Positions 1-9,154 of a stretch of 64,000 nt of DNA are shown here, piece after piece. The stretch is from Blastocatellia bacterium. Its GTDB lineage: Bacteria > Acidobacteriota > Blastocatellia > UBA7656. A model generated the notes under the pieces. It searched no databases, had not been told where the DNA came from, and saw only the letters and a list, made by a program, of their open reading frames with translations. Positions within the stretch are counted from its first letter, which is position 1. Every line of letters starts with the position of its first letter. Where the stretch lies: NCBI GenBank assembly GCA_035634255.1, contig DASQDI010000068.1, positions 23,695 to 87,694 on the forward strand, read 5' to 3'. A program made the translations under genes and the position numbers.

Positions 1-34
1 CGGACGGTCAAAAAGCACTCAGGGAGGAGCCCTC

Positions 35-190
35 ATGGACAAGGAAAAGAGAAGGGATGATCGGGACGCGGAGAAGGCCGAGGACAAGGGGTTGAACGAA
101 GAGGTGGACGAGAGCCAGCAGGCGGCCGAGCTTCAGGTGGGGGAAGAGGACGAGCTCTCCAACCCATCGCGCTTCAGGCCCGACAGGTAG
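35..190 (+). CDS. Hypothetical small acidic protein (51 aa)
   Basis: ATG at 35 lies 7 nt after a strong SD (GGGAGGAG). The ORF runs to TAG 188-190 and is highly acidic. It is absent from the ORF track (<60 aa). No recognisable family. Confidence 0.25.
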   Translation: MDKEKRRDDRDAEKAEDKGLNEEVDESQQAAELQVGEEDELSNPSRFRPDR

Positions 191-209
191 ACTCTCAGGA
201 GCCTTTCAT

Positions 210-857
210 ATGTCGATTGATATATCTCGTCACTTCGTGCTCCGGAAGCTGCACCAGTTGACGGGCATATTACCTCTGGGCGTCTTCCTGCTCGAACACT
301 TCTACACGAACTCGAAGGCGCTCGGCCCGGATGGGGAGCGGCTCTTCAACGAAGCCGTGGCCGATTTGCAGAGCATCCCATACATAATCTTCGTCGAGGT
401 CTTCGGCATATTCATCCCCCTGATTTACCACGCGGTCTACGGCCTCGTCATCACGTACGAGGCGAGGCCGAACGTCGGGGCCTACGGGTACGGGCGCAAC
501 TGGATGTACTTCCTTCAGCGCGTCACCGGAATAATCCTCTTCGTCTTCATCACTTTTCACGTCCTCAACTTCCGGTTCGGGATGATCCCCGGCCTGAACA
601 ACACCTCCGTCGCCGAGCGGCCCGACCTCGCTTACAGCATAGTGCGCGGGGAGTTCCTCAACCCGATGATCTTTCTCATCTACGTGCTCGGGATAAGCTC
701 GACCACGTTCCACTTCGCGAACGGCCTGTGGCTCTTCCTGCTCGACTGGGGGGTAGCCGTCGGGCAGCGCGCCCAGAGGGTCGTCGGTTACGCCTGCGCC
801 GCGCTCGGCGTCGCGCTCACGATAGTCGGGATAAACGCGGCGCTCGCGTTCAGGTAG
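210..857 (+). CDS. sdhC: Succinate dehydrogenase / fumarate reductase cytochrome b subunit (b558 family, Bacillus-type)
   Basis: 215-aa polytopic membrane protein with conserved His in TM helices. It lies immediately upstream of sdhA and sdhB, with an AGGAG RBS. Confidence 0.8.
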   Translation: MSIDISRHFVLRKLHQLTGILPLGVFLLEHFYTNSKALGPDGERLFNEAVADLQSIPYIIFVEVFGIFIPLIYHAVYGLVITYEARPNVGAYGYGRNWMYFLQRVTGIILFVFITFHVLNFRFGMIPGLNNTSVAERPDLAYSIVRGEFLNPMIFLIYVLGISSTTFHFANGLWLFLLDWGVAVGQRAQRVVGYACAALGVALTIVGINAALAFR

Positions 858-869
858 CCTCGGACTGAC

Positions 870-2768
870 ATGGCAAAAGCTGACATAAGAATCGCGGTCG
901 TGGGCGGAGGGCTGGCCGGCCTGATGACGGCCATCAAGGTCGCCGAGCTGGGGCACAAAGTGGACCTCTTTTCGCTGGTCCCGGTCCGCCGGTCGCACTC
1001 GGTATGCGCGCAGGGCGGGATCAACGGCGCGGTCAACACCAAAGGCGAGGGCGACTCCCCCCTGGTCCATTTCGAGGACACGGTCTACGGGGGGGATTTT
1101 CTGGCCAACCAGACTCAGGTCAAAATGATGTGCGAGATGGCGCCGGCCATCATCTACATGTTCGACCGCATGGGCGTGCCCTTCTCGCGGACGCCCGAAG
1201 GGCTCATAGACTTTCGCAGGTTCGGGGGGACCAGGTTTCACCGCACGGCTTTCGCGGGCGCTTCGACCGGCCAGCAGTTGCTCTACGCTCTGGACGAGCA
1301 GGTGCGGCGCTTCGAGGCCGAGGGGCTGGTCACGAAGTACGAATTCTGGGAATTCCTCTCGCCGGTGATCGACGACAATCAGGTCTGCCGGGGGCTGACG
1401 GCGATGAACCTGCGCACTCTGGAGGTGCAGGCTTTCCCCTGCGACGCGGTGGTGATGGCCACGGGCGGCGTCGGCCTGATCTTCGGCAAATCGACGAACT
1501 CGGTCATATGCACCGGGTCGGCGCAGTCGGCGCTCTACCAGCAGGGCGTGAAGTACGCGAACGGCGAGTTCATTCAGGTGCACCCGACGGCGATACCGGG
1601 GGAAGACAAGCTCCGCCTGATGTCGGAGTCGGCGCGGGGGGAGGGGGGGCGTGTGTGGGTCCCGCGCAGGGGCGGGGACGAGCGCGACCCGGAGTCGATC
1701 CCGGAAGATGAGCGCTGGTACTTCCTCGAAGAGAAGTACCCGGCCTACGGCAATCTGGTGCCGCGCGACATCGCCACGCGCGAGATATTTCAGGTCTGTC
1801 AGGACGGCTTCGGGATCGGCGGCGGCAACATGGTCTACCTCGACCTGACGCACATCCCCGCCGAGGCGCTCGACCGGAAGCTCGGCGCGATCCTCGAAAT
1901 TTATGAGAAGTTCGTCGGCGAAGACCCGCGCCACACGCCGATGAAGATCTTCCCCGGAGTCCACTACACGATGGGCGGCATCTGGGTCGACGCCGACCAG
2001 ATGACGAACGTGCCCGGCATATTCGCGACCGGCGAGTGCGACTACTCGATTCATGGGGCCAACCGCCTCGGCGCGAATTCGCTCGTCAGCTGCATCTACG
2101 CGGGCGCGGTGGCCGGCCCGGCGGCGGTCGGGTACGCGACCGGCGACCGGCACGGGGAGACCTACAATGGCCTGCACGAGGGCGAAGCGCGGCGGCAGGC
2201 GGAGATCAACGAGCGGCTCAAGAACCAGCGCGGCCCGGAGAACGCTTACCTCCTGCACGAAGAGATGGGCGAGTGGATGACCGACAACGTCACCGTGATC
2301 CGCTACAACGGCAAGCTGGAAGAGACCGACGCGAAGTTGCAGGAGTTGATCGAGCGGTACGGCCGCGTAGACATTAACGAATCGGTCTACTGGTCCACGC
2401 AGGCGCTCCCCCACGCCCGCCACCTCTACAACATGCTCCAGCTGGCCCGCGTCATCACGCTCGGCGCGCTCAGGCGCAACGAGTCGCGTGGGGCGCACTA
2501 CAAGCCCGAGTTCCCCGAGCGCAACGACGCGGAGTTCCTCAAGACTACGATAGCCGTCTACACGCCCGAGGGGCCGGAGTTCAGCTACGAAGACGTGGAC
2601 ATCTCCCTAATCCCTCCGCGCCGGCGCGTGTACGACATCGTGAAAGAGGCGCCGAAGGTGGCCGGGGATCAGCCCCCGCCCGACGAGTTCCATGTCGAGG
2701 CGCACCTTGAGCGCGAGCGTAAAGATAAGCAGCACCCGTTCGAGGATTCGAGCAAGAACGTCACCTGA
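870..2768 (+). CDS. sdhA: Succinate dehydrogenase flavoprotein subunit
   Basis: N-terminal FAD dinucleotide-binding motif (RIAVVGGGLAGLMTA). 632 aa with family-typical active-site motifs; a long antisense ORF on the minus strand is an artefact. Confidence 0.95.
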   Translation: MAKADIRIAVVGGGLAGLMTAIKVAELGHKVDLFSLVPVRRSHSVCAQGGINGAVNTKGEGDSPLVHFEDTVYGGDFLANQTQVKMMCEMAPAIIYMFDRMGVPFSRTPEGLIDFRRFGGTRFHRTAFAGASTGQQLLYALDEQVRRFEAEGLVTKYEFWEFLSPVIDDNQVCRGLTAMNLRTLEVQAFPCDAVVMATGGVGLIFGKSTNSVICTGSAQSALYQQGVKYANGEFIQVHPTAIPGEDKLRLMSESARGEGGRVWVPRRGGDERDPESIPEDERWYFLEEKYPAYGNLVPRDIATREIFQVCQDGFGIGGGNMVYLDLTHIPAEALDRKLGAILEIYEKFVGEDPRHTPMKIFPGVHYTMGGIWVDADQMTNVPGIFATGECDYSIHGANRLGANSLVSCIYAGAVAGPAAVGYATGDRHGETYNGLHEGEARRQAEINERLKNQRGPENAYLLHEEMGEWMTDNVTVIRYNGKLEETDAKLQELIERYGRVDINESVYWSTQALPHARHLYNMLQLARVITLGALRRNESRGAHYKPEFPERNDAEFLKTTIAVYTPEGPEFSYEDVDISLIPPRRRVYDIVKEAPKVAGDQPPPDEFHVEAHLERERKDKQHPFEDSSKNVT

Positions 2769-2793
2769 CGGGCGCCGCTCAAAGGGAGGCGAT

Positions 2794-3540
2794 ATGGCAG
2801 ACACGATCAGGCTGAGGATCAGGAGGCAGGACTCACCCGACGCCCCGACCAGGTGGGAAGAGTTCGACGTTCCTTACCGCAAGGGCGAAAACGTTCTGAC
2901 CTGCCTGATGGACATTCAGAAGAGCCCCGTCACCTCCGGCGGGCGCAGGACCACCCCCGTCGTCTGGGAGTCGAACTGCCTGGAGGAAGTGTGCGGGTCG
3001 TGCTCGATGATAATAAATGGTCGCGCGCGGATGGGCTGCACGACTCTGGTCGATAAGATCGAAAAGCCGATCACGGTCGAGCCGCTGACGAAATTCCCGG
3101 TCGTCCGCGACCTCATGGTGGACCGCTCGCGCCTGTTCGACGGGTTCAGGAAGGTGCATGCCTGGATAGAGATCGACGGCACGCACGACCTCGGGCCGGG
3201 GCCGCGGGTGGCCCCGGAGGTTCAGGCGGCGCGCTACGACATGTCGCGCTGCATGGCTTGCGCCATCTGCCTCGAAGTCTGCCCGCAGGTGAATTCTCAC
3301 TCGAAGTTCATAGGCCCGGCCGCCCTGAATCAGGTCCGGCTCTTCAACACGCACCCCACCGGGAAGATGCAGAGGGACGCGCGGCTGACCGCCATCATGG
3401 GGCCGGGCGGCATAACCGACTGCGGCAACGCGCAAAATTGCGTCAAATCCTGTCCGAAAGAGATACCTCTGACGGACTCAATCGCCGGCCTCTACCGCGA
3501 GACGACCTGGTACGGGCTGCTGGGCTGGCTGAAGAAATGA
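2794..3540 (+). CDS. sdhB: Succinate dehydrogenase iron-sulfur subunit
   Basis: 2Fe-2S and 4Fe-4S/3Fe-4S cysteine clusters (CxxxxC...C, CMACAICLEVCP, CxxCxxC). ATG at 2794 follows a GGGAGG SD; the track ORF starts earlier in frame (2692). Confidence 0.9.
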   Translation: MADTIRLRIRRQDSPDAPTRWEEFDVPYRKGENVLTCLMDIQKSPVTSGGRRTTPVVWESNCLEEVCGSCSMIINGRARMGCTTLVDKIEKPITVEPLTKFPVVRDLMVDRSRLFDGFRKVHAWIEIDGTHDLGPGPRVAPEVQAARYDMSRCMACAICLEVCPQVNSHSKFIGPAALNQVRLFNTHPTGKMQRDARLTAIMGPGGITDCGNAQNCVKSCPKEIPLTDSIAGLYRETTWYGLLGWLKK

Positions 3541-3635
3541 CGGCCGCCCCGTTTACTGCCGTCTACTGGCATTCATGTTGCTTTATTTCCAGTGTGGCTC
3601 GATCTTGATGCAGTAATTTCGAACGAGGTCGCCAA

Positions 3636-4517
3636 ATGCAAGAAAAGATGCTCGGGGGACTCTCAATCAAAGAGCTTGCCGCCAGGACATGGCGGGAGGC
3701 GAACGAGGACAACATATTCGGGCGGGCGGCGGAATTGGCCTATTACTTTCTGCTCGCGCTCTTCCCGATGCTGATCTTCCTGACCAGCCTGGTGGGCTTC
3801 CTGCCCGGCGCGCAGGAAGGAATCCTGGACGCGGTCGCCAAGGCCGCGCCCTCCGACGCCATGACGCTCGTGCGAGAGACGCTCAACGATGTCGTGAGCA
3901 ATCGCAGCGGCGGGCTGATCTCTTTCGGTATTCTGGGGACCATCTGGGCGGCTTCGAGCGGGACGGCCGCGGTGATGGAAGCCCTCAATGACGCTTACGA
4001 GGCCGAAGAGGGGCGCGGGTTCATAAAGGTTCGGCTATTAGCCATCGGCATGACGGTGGCGCTGGCTCTGCTCATCGTCGGCGGCACGGCCCTGATCATG
4101 TTCGGGGACCGGTTCGCGCACTGGATCGCCGTCGCCTCGGGGCTCGGCCCGACCTTCGAGACCGTCTGGCATTACGTCGATTACGTCCTCGGGCTGGCCC
4201 TCATATCCCTGGGCTTGCAGGTGATCTATTACTTCGGGCCGAACCTTAAGCAGGATTGGGAATGGGTAACCCCCGGCGCGATTGTCGCCGTGGTCGCTCT
4301 CATAATCGTCTCGTTACTCTTCTCGCTTTACCTGAGGTTCGCCCCGAGCTACAGCGCGACGTACGGGAGCCTGGGCGCGGTCATCATATTGATGCTCTAC
4401 CTTTACCTCATCGGGCTTGTCGTGCTCGTGGGGGCCGAGATCAACTCGGAGATAAGGAAGGCCAACCACATACCGACGGTCGAAAAAGAGCCGAGCAATG
4501 ATTTGAAAGCGGCCTGA
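3636..4517 (+). CDS. YihY/BrkB (virulence factor BrkB / former RNase BN) family membrane protein
   Basis: Six predicted TM helices. N-terminal signature AAELAYYFLLALFP. About 290 aa, typical of the family. Confidence 0.8.
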   Translation: MQEKMLGGLSIKELAARTWREANEDNIFGRAAELAYYFLLALFPMLIFLTSLVGFLPGAQEGILDAVAKAAPSDAMTLVRETLNDVVSNRSGGLISFGILGTIWAASSGTAAVMEALNDAYEAEEGRGFIKVRLLAIGMTVALALLIVGGTALIMFGDRFAHWIAVASGLGPTFETVWHYVDYVLGLALISLGLQVIYYFGPNLKQDWEWVTPGAIVAVVALIIVSLLFSLYLRFAPSYSATYGSLGAVIILMLYLYLIGLVVLVGAEINSEIRKANHIPTVEKEPSNDLKAA

Positions 4518-4616
4518 GCGGTCCGAGGGATTTGAAGACAAGCATTGAGCAGGCGGCCGTCGCCGCCCGGAGATTTCTGTTGGACGCGCACAAAAGCAAG
4601 GGGGTACTTAAATAAA

Positions 4617-4967
4617 ATGGCGGTAAGGACAATTATCTATTTCTCACGGCTTAAGGACGGAGCTGAAGATGGCTTGATTAAAGATTTGAAGTCGTTCTTC
4701 CCGGCGGACGCGCTTCGCGACATGGAGGGGATCGAAAAGGTCACGATCTGCCAGGGTCACGGCACGTTCGCCGCCGTGGTCGAGTACGACGGGGATTTTG
4801 AGAAGATATACTACAGCTACATCTCGAACCCCGCGGTCCAGGCATTTCACAGGCAGATGGCCAACTACCTCGAAGATATTCCCGACTCTACGAAACCGGC
4901 GGACCTTCCGATAGTAGGGGACGTGCTTTACTGGGAAGGCTCGAAGGTAAGGGAAGCCGTGGGCTGA
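4617..4967 (+). CDS. Hypothetical small protein (~116 aa), possibly a ferredoxin-fold (TcmI/ABM-like) protein
   Basis: The ORF is in frame inside track ORF 4545..4967. ATG at 4617 has the better upstream context. Only weak similarity to small polyketide-cyclase/ABM-fold proteins. Confidence 0.5.
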   Translation: MAVRTIIYFSRLKDGAEDGLIKDLKSFFPADALRDMEGIEKVTICQGHGTFAAVVEYDGDFEKIYYSYISNPAVQAFHRQMANYLEDIPDSTKPADLPIVGDVLYWEGSKVREAVG

Positions 4968-4994
4968 AGTCTGAAGTCACCTGAAACCACTCAT

Positions 4995-5025
4995 CCTGGG
5001 AGCGCGCATTCATCGCGCTCCCAGG
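4995..5025. terminator. GC-rich perfect 12-bp hairpin between convergent genes
   Basis: CCTGGGAGCGCG-cattcat-CGCGCTCCCAGG. It lies between the 3' ends of the 4617..4967 (+) and 5043..5720 (-) genes. No clear U-tract. Confidence 0.4.
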
Positions 5026-5042
5026 CCGCATTCATCGACCGG

Positions 5043-5720
5043 TCACCTGGCGGTCGTCTCCCTGAATCTCATCTTTTCGGGCTCGTAAAACTGCCCTCGG
5101 CGCACGCCCGAGTTCGACGGCCCGGCCTCGATCATCTGCTTGAACCGGCGGAGGTCCTGCCTCACCATCGCCTTGGGGTCGCTTCGGGTCAGCCGGGCGA
5201 CCAGAGCGCCGATGGGTCCCGCGGGCAATCCGTAGCGCATCGTCACAAAGACGCGGGCGCCGTGTCGGGTCTCCTCGAAGCGCACCTCGCCGCTGTTGGA
5301 GACCTCGGCGGTGACCGACTTCCACGCGATCAACCGGCCGGGCAGGTCGTGCGTCACTTCGGCCTCCCATTCGATGCGCTGGCCGAGCGGCCCTTCCACG
5401 GACCAATGGTACGTGCGGTCGCCCGTCTTCCGCACCTCGCACACGTTGGGCATGAACCTCGGGAAATCCTCCATGCGGGACCACGTCGCATAAGCCTGCT
5501 CGCGCGAGGCCGCGACCTCGATCACATCCCGCACTTCGCGGGGTGCCGATGCGGATATAATGGGCACGCCCGCTACCGAGGCGAGGGTCTGCGTGGCGAT
5601 GCCCGCCCCCATGACCCCCACTATGGCTCCGGTGACGCCGCCCTTCCTGAACCCATAAAAGGCCAGGGCAGCCCCGGCCGCGGCGGTCGCCACCTGCGCT
5701 GCTTTCTCGTTTTTGCTCAT
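5043..5720 (-). CDS. SRPBCC (polyketide cyclase/dehydrase-like, START/Bet v1 fold) domain protein with N-terminal Gly-zipper membrane anchor
   Basis: N-terminal AxxxG/GxxxG-rich hydrophobic segment, then SRPBCC-like motifs (WSRMEDFPRFMP...YHWSVEGPLG...IAWKS). Confidence 0.7.
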   Translation of the reverse strand: MSKNEKAAQVATAAAGAALAFYGFRKGGVTGAIVGVMGAGIATQTLASVAGVPIISASAPREVRDVIEVAASREQAYATWSRMEDFPRFMPNVCEVRKTGDRTYHWSVEGPLGQRIEWEAEVTHDLPGRLIAWKSVTAEVSNSGEVRFEETRHGARVFVTMRYGLPAGPIGALVARLTRSDPKAMVRQDLRRFKQMIEAGPSNSGVRRGQFYEPEKMRFRETTAR

Positions 5721-5946
5721 CGTTCACACTCCCTGTTGACCGAAATAGCGGCCACCTGCCTGATAATTTAGATGATAAAAAAGGCCGCTCCCCACACAAA
5801 AAATGATAAAGAGCAACGATTATGCCAGCAAAGGCCGGCCCCAAATGAATAATACCGGGCCAGCGCCGCCGGGTGATTCACGCCGTATGACTTTTATTGA
5901 GACACCCTCCGTCAGAGGGCTTACGGGCCTGAGGCGGGAAGGGCTT

Positions 5947-6708
5947 TCAACCGGCGACTCGTGTGAGGCGGCGGGCGGGGGCCGCCGTGGCACTTTCCCG
6001 GTAAAGCTCGTATACGGCCTTCAGATCATCGCTCATAGCGAAGAGCCAGAGCGGGTAGAGGTCGAACAGTATGCCCCGCGCGCAGTCGAGGAACGCGCGG
6101 TTGGAGACGACCGGCTCCGAGGAGGCGAAATACTCTCCGACCGTGAAGCTCTCCAGCTTCATCCACCGGCGCGCGGTCTTCGGCAACGGCCACTTCATCA
6201 CTGGGCCGTCTTCCCCTCGGGTCAGCTCCCAGTACCGCCCCGTTATGTCTTGCTCGTCGAGGTACCTCTGGAATAGTCTCTGGTTCCTCTTTATGCCCTG
6301 CTGAATCCGCCCGACCCGCACCCTGTTGAAGAGGCCGGGGTAGAAGCCGACCGATACTCCGTGCTTATAGACTCCCACGGCGAGCAGGGGCTCGCTCGAC
6401 ACCCTGCGACCGCGCCGAGGGAAGCAGGAATAAAGGAATGGATTACAGGCGGGCAGGCTCTTATGAAGTTTCATGTCGTTGGTTATTCGGCTGACGGTTC
6501 GCCCGACGCGGGGCTCCGCCTCGAAATCCTGATTGAGGCCGCGCAGAAGGGTCCCCAGGTCCGACACGAGCGCCTTCACGGGCCGAAGCACGAGAGTTTC
6601 ATACTCGCGGCGGTGTTCTTCGATCCATTCTTTGCTGTTGTTTTCAGACAGGCGATTGAGGAAGCGAAACAGCTCCGCCGAGAATCCTTCGAAATGAACG
6701 TGCCCCAT
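5947..6708 (-). CDS. DUF2461 (TIGR02453) family protein
   Basis: Begins MGHVHFEGFSAELFRFLNRLSENNSKEWIEEHRREYE, typical of DUF2461. The track ORF extends 7 codons further upstream. Confidence 0.7.
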   Translation of the reverse strand: MGHVHFEGFSAELFRFLNRLSENNSKEWIEEHRREYETLVLRPVKALVSDLGTLLRGLNQDFEAEPRVGRTVSRITNDMKLHKSLPACNPFLYSCFPRRGRRVSSEPLLAVGVYKHGVSVGFYPGLFNRVRVGRIQQGIKRNQRLFQRYLDEQDITGRYWELTRGEDGPVMKWPLPKTARRWMKLESFTVGEYFASSEPVVSNRAFLDCARGILFDLYPLWLFAMSDDLKAVYELYRESATAAPARRLTRVAG

Positions 6709-7074
6709 CGCCTTCCTCTTGAGTATCAAAACTTACCCCGTGGTATGGGCGAGCTTAAAGGCTCCGCGTGCCGGATGTCAACCGCGGGCAGTCCGCTCGA
6801 ATGTGCGTAGAAATCGGCCCCATTATTGAAATCGACGGAGCCGCGTGTATCGTTCGATGCGCCCGCCGCTCTGATGAGACGGGCGCGGGACGGCGGCAGC
6901 CCGCCGAGTTGATTAGGGAGATTAATTCCGGAAGGGAGAATTTTATGAGAGAGCGATTCGTTGGATTGTTAGGATGTGGGCCATAGCCTCACGAAAGGGT
7001 GCCTTGTCTCGCGCCTCCCTTCCGCTTTTAATCAATGATTTGAATCGTGCCCGAGCAACCTGTAGAATTCAGAC

Positions 7075-8085
7075 GTGAACGAACCTTCTTACGTCAAGCT
7101 GCTTGAATCGGGAGAGCTGGCCGGGCGCGTCGACCTGCTGATGGGTATGCTCGCCAAGTGCCGGGTCTGCCCTCGCGATTGCGACATCGACCGCCTGAAG
7201 AACGAGGTGGCCGCGTGTTATTCGGGGCTGCTTCCCATAGTCTCCACGTACACCCCGCACTTCGGGGAAGAGCCGGCTCTGGTGGGGACCGGGGGGGCCG
7301 GCAATGTCTTTCTGGGCCTTTGCAACCTCCGATGCGTCTATTGCCAGAACTACCAGATCAGTCAGACCTTCAAGGAACAGCGCAAAAACGAAGTCTCGTT
7401 TGAGCGGCTGGCGGAGATGTACCTTGAGCTTCAGGGGAGGGGATGCCACAACGTCAACTGGGTCTCGCCCACGCACTTCGCTCCGCAACTCGCCAAATCC
7501 CTTTTGATCGCGGCGGAGCGCGGGTTACGCTTGCCCGTGGTTTATAACACCAACGCCTATGATTCGGTCGAAGTCCTCAAGCTGCTCGATGGCGTGGTCG
7601 ACATTTATCTGCCCGACCTCAAGTACAGCGAGGACGAGGCGGGTAGAGAGTACTCGAAGGTCACCGAGTATGTGCGCCATTCGCGCGCGAGCATCAAGGA
7701 GATGTACCGGCAGGTCGGAGACACGCTCGTTTACGGGGAAGATGGGCTGCTCAAGCGCGGGCTGATTATCCGCCTGCTCGTGCTGCCCAACGACATCGCG
7801 GGCGTCCGGGAATCACTTGCCTGGATACGTGAGGAGTTGTCCCCGAAGGTCGCCGTAAGCCTCATGGCGCAGTACTTCCCGACGAACAAGGTGGGCGCGG
7901 AGAGGTACCCGCTCATCTCTCGGAAGATAAGGTGGTCCGAATGGCTCACGGCCATCGAGCAGATGGAATCGCTCGGCCTCGAAGAAGGGTGGATGCAGGA
8001 TTTCGATTCCGCCTCCGAATACTACCGGCCCGACTTCGGCGACTCTAAGACCCCTTTCAAAGACATTGTCGATTTTCAATCTTGA
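7075..8085 (+). CDS. Radical SAM protein, PflX-like (COG1313; pyruvate formate-lyase-activating-enzyme homolog)
   Basis: GTG start. CxxxCxxC radical-SAM motif (CNLRCVYCQN) plus N-terminal CxxC, about 336 aa. Confidence 0.8.
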   Translation: MNEPSYVKLLESGELAGRVDLLMGMLAKCRVCPRDCDIDRLKNEVAACYSGLLPIVSTYTPHFGEEPALVGTGGAGNVFLGLCNLRCVYCQNYQISQTFKEQRKNEVSFERLAEMYLELQGRGCHNVNWVSPTHFAPQLAKSLLIAAERGLRLPVVYNTNAYDSVEVLKLLDGVVDIYLPDLKYSEDEAGREYSKVTEYVRHSRASIKEMYRQVGDTLVYGEDGLLKRGLIIRLLVLPNDIAGVRESLAWIREELSPKVAVSLMAQYFPTNKVGAERYPLISRKIRWSEWLTAIEQMESLGLEEGWMQDFDSASEYYRPDFGDSKTPFKDIVDFQS

Positions 8086-8240
8086 CGTAACGGGCTCCGG
8101 TGTACGATTTTGACTCGCAGGGGTCAGGCGAATATGAGCTAATCCTACCGTGTCGTCAGATTTGATGGCTGGCGGCAAAAAAATCTCTAAAGTCCAAGAA
8201 AAAAGGCACAAATTGGGAAAGTTATGCTAGAATACAAGCT

Positions 8241-8393
8241 ATGAAATGCCCAAAGTGCTTCAACCCCCTCCGACGTGTAAGTAGTACAGAGGATTCTGTA
8301 TGGTTTACTTGCCCGTTGGGTCATAGGTTCCACTCAGAGACAGGTAGCGGTATCAGTGATTCAGAAGGTCATCGTTACGCTGTATCGGAGTGA
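8241..8393 (+). CDS. Putative small zinc-ribbon protein (50 aa)
   Basis: MKCPKCFNPL...FTCPLGHRF has CxxC...CPxGH spacing. It lies in the AT-rich intergenic region, is not in the ORF track and is followed by a hairpin at 8400-8435. Speculative. Confidence 0.25.
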   Translation: MKCPKCFNPLRRVSSTEDSVWFTCPLGHRFHSETGSGISDSEGHRYAVSE

Positions 8394-8399
8394 GATTTA

Positions 8400-8435
8400 G
8401 CGGCTGCCTTCGTTCAAAAACGGAGGCAGCCGTAG
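8400..8435. terminator. Hairpin (GGCTGCCTtCG-TTCAAAAA-CGgAGGCAGCC) downstream of the minus-strand KGG gene
   Basis: Stem-loop located 3' of the minus-strand stress-protein gene (stop at 8489). Weak U-tract. Confidence 0.3.
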
Positions 8436-8488
8436 GGATTCATCCTCGAATTGATCACCCCGGACAATTAATCTCTTAAGTTCAGGCT

Positions 8489-8701
8489 TCAATCGGAAGT
8501 AAGGCCGCCAGGACTGCCTTTCTTGTCGCCCACGTGTGTGGACCGCTTGCCGCCTCCCTTTACTCCGCCCTCCTGTTGGCCGCCCATTCCGCCGCCGCCT
8601 TTACCGCCTTTGCTGCTTCTGTCCGCGGCTTCGCCCCCGGCCACATTCTTATCCTGCAAAGTGTCCTGCTCCGATTTCATCTTTGTTGCTTTCGGCATTG
8701 T
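8489..8701 (-). CDS. KGG-repeat general stress protein (YciG/ConJ-like), ~70 aa
   Basis: Gly/Lys-rich with KGG repeats (SKGGKGGGG...GGVKGGGKR...GDKKGSPGG). ATG at 8701 is preceded by a strong SD (GAGGGAGGAG). The track ORF is longer upstream. Confidence 0.7.
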   Translation of the reverse strand, partial: TMPKATKMKSEQDTLQDKNVAGGEAADRSSKGGKGGGGMGGQQEGGVKGGGKRSTHVGDKKGSPGGLTSD

Positions 8702-9154
8702 AATCTCCTCCCTCTTAAACTCCGCTCGATCAATTATCTGTTCACCCGCCTTTGTGAAGTGCAAGTAATATTCCAGAGTGAAAGACATTGCCAGGTGCTA
8801 AAAAGTTAACATTAAGCCCCCGGAGGCCGTCCGAAACTGATTCATAGTCGCGGCCTCATGTGTAAATGAATTGTAAAACTCCGTGGCAATTGAAAAAGTT
8901 AGAAAAATGTATGATTAATATTGATAGTTAGTCTTGCCTCGATTGCTCAACAAAGCTAAAACATAATTGCTTGAGTCTGGTAGGCTGGCGAATGGGGATA
9001 CATGTATCGTCTGGCCTACTCAAAACAGGTTAAGAATCGGGAACAAAGGGAAAAATCAGCCACCATGTCCAGGGCAGGGAGTGCTTAAGTGTATCCATGC
9101 CGAGGTCGTTGTTCGAGGCTTTGGCTCCAGCTTACGATTAAAGGAGTAGTTACG

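Noticed and set aside
270-2498. 742-aa ORF on the minus strand
   Set aside because: It is entirely antisense to sdhA, a well-supported flavoprotein gene. Arg/Ala/Pro-rich composition is typical of wrong-strand frames in ~67% GC DNA.
5803-6276. 157-aa plus-strand ORF
   Set aside because: It overlaps the DUF2461 gene on the opposite strand, has no SD and has an atypical composition.
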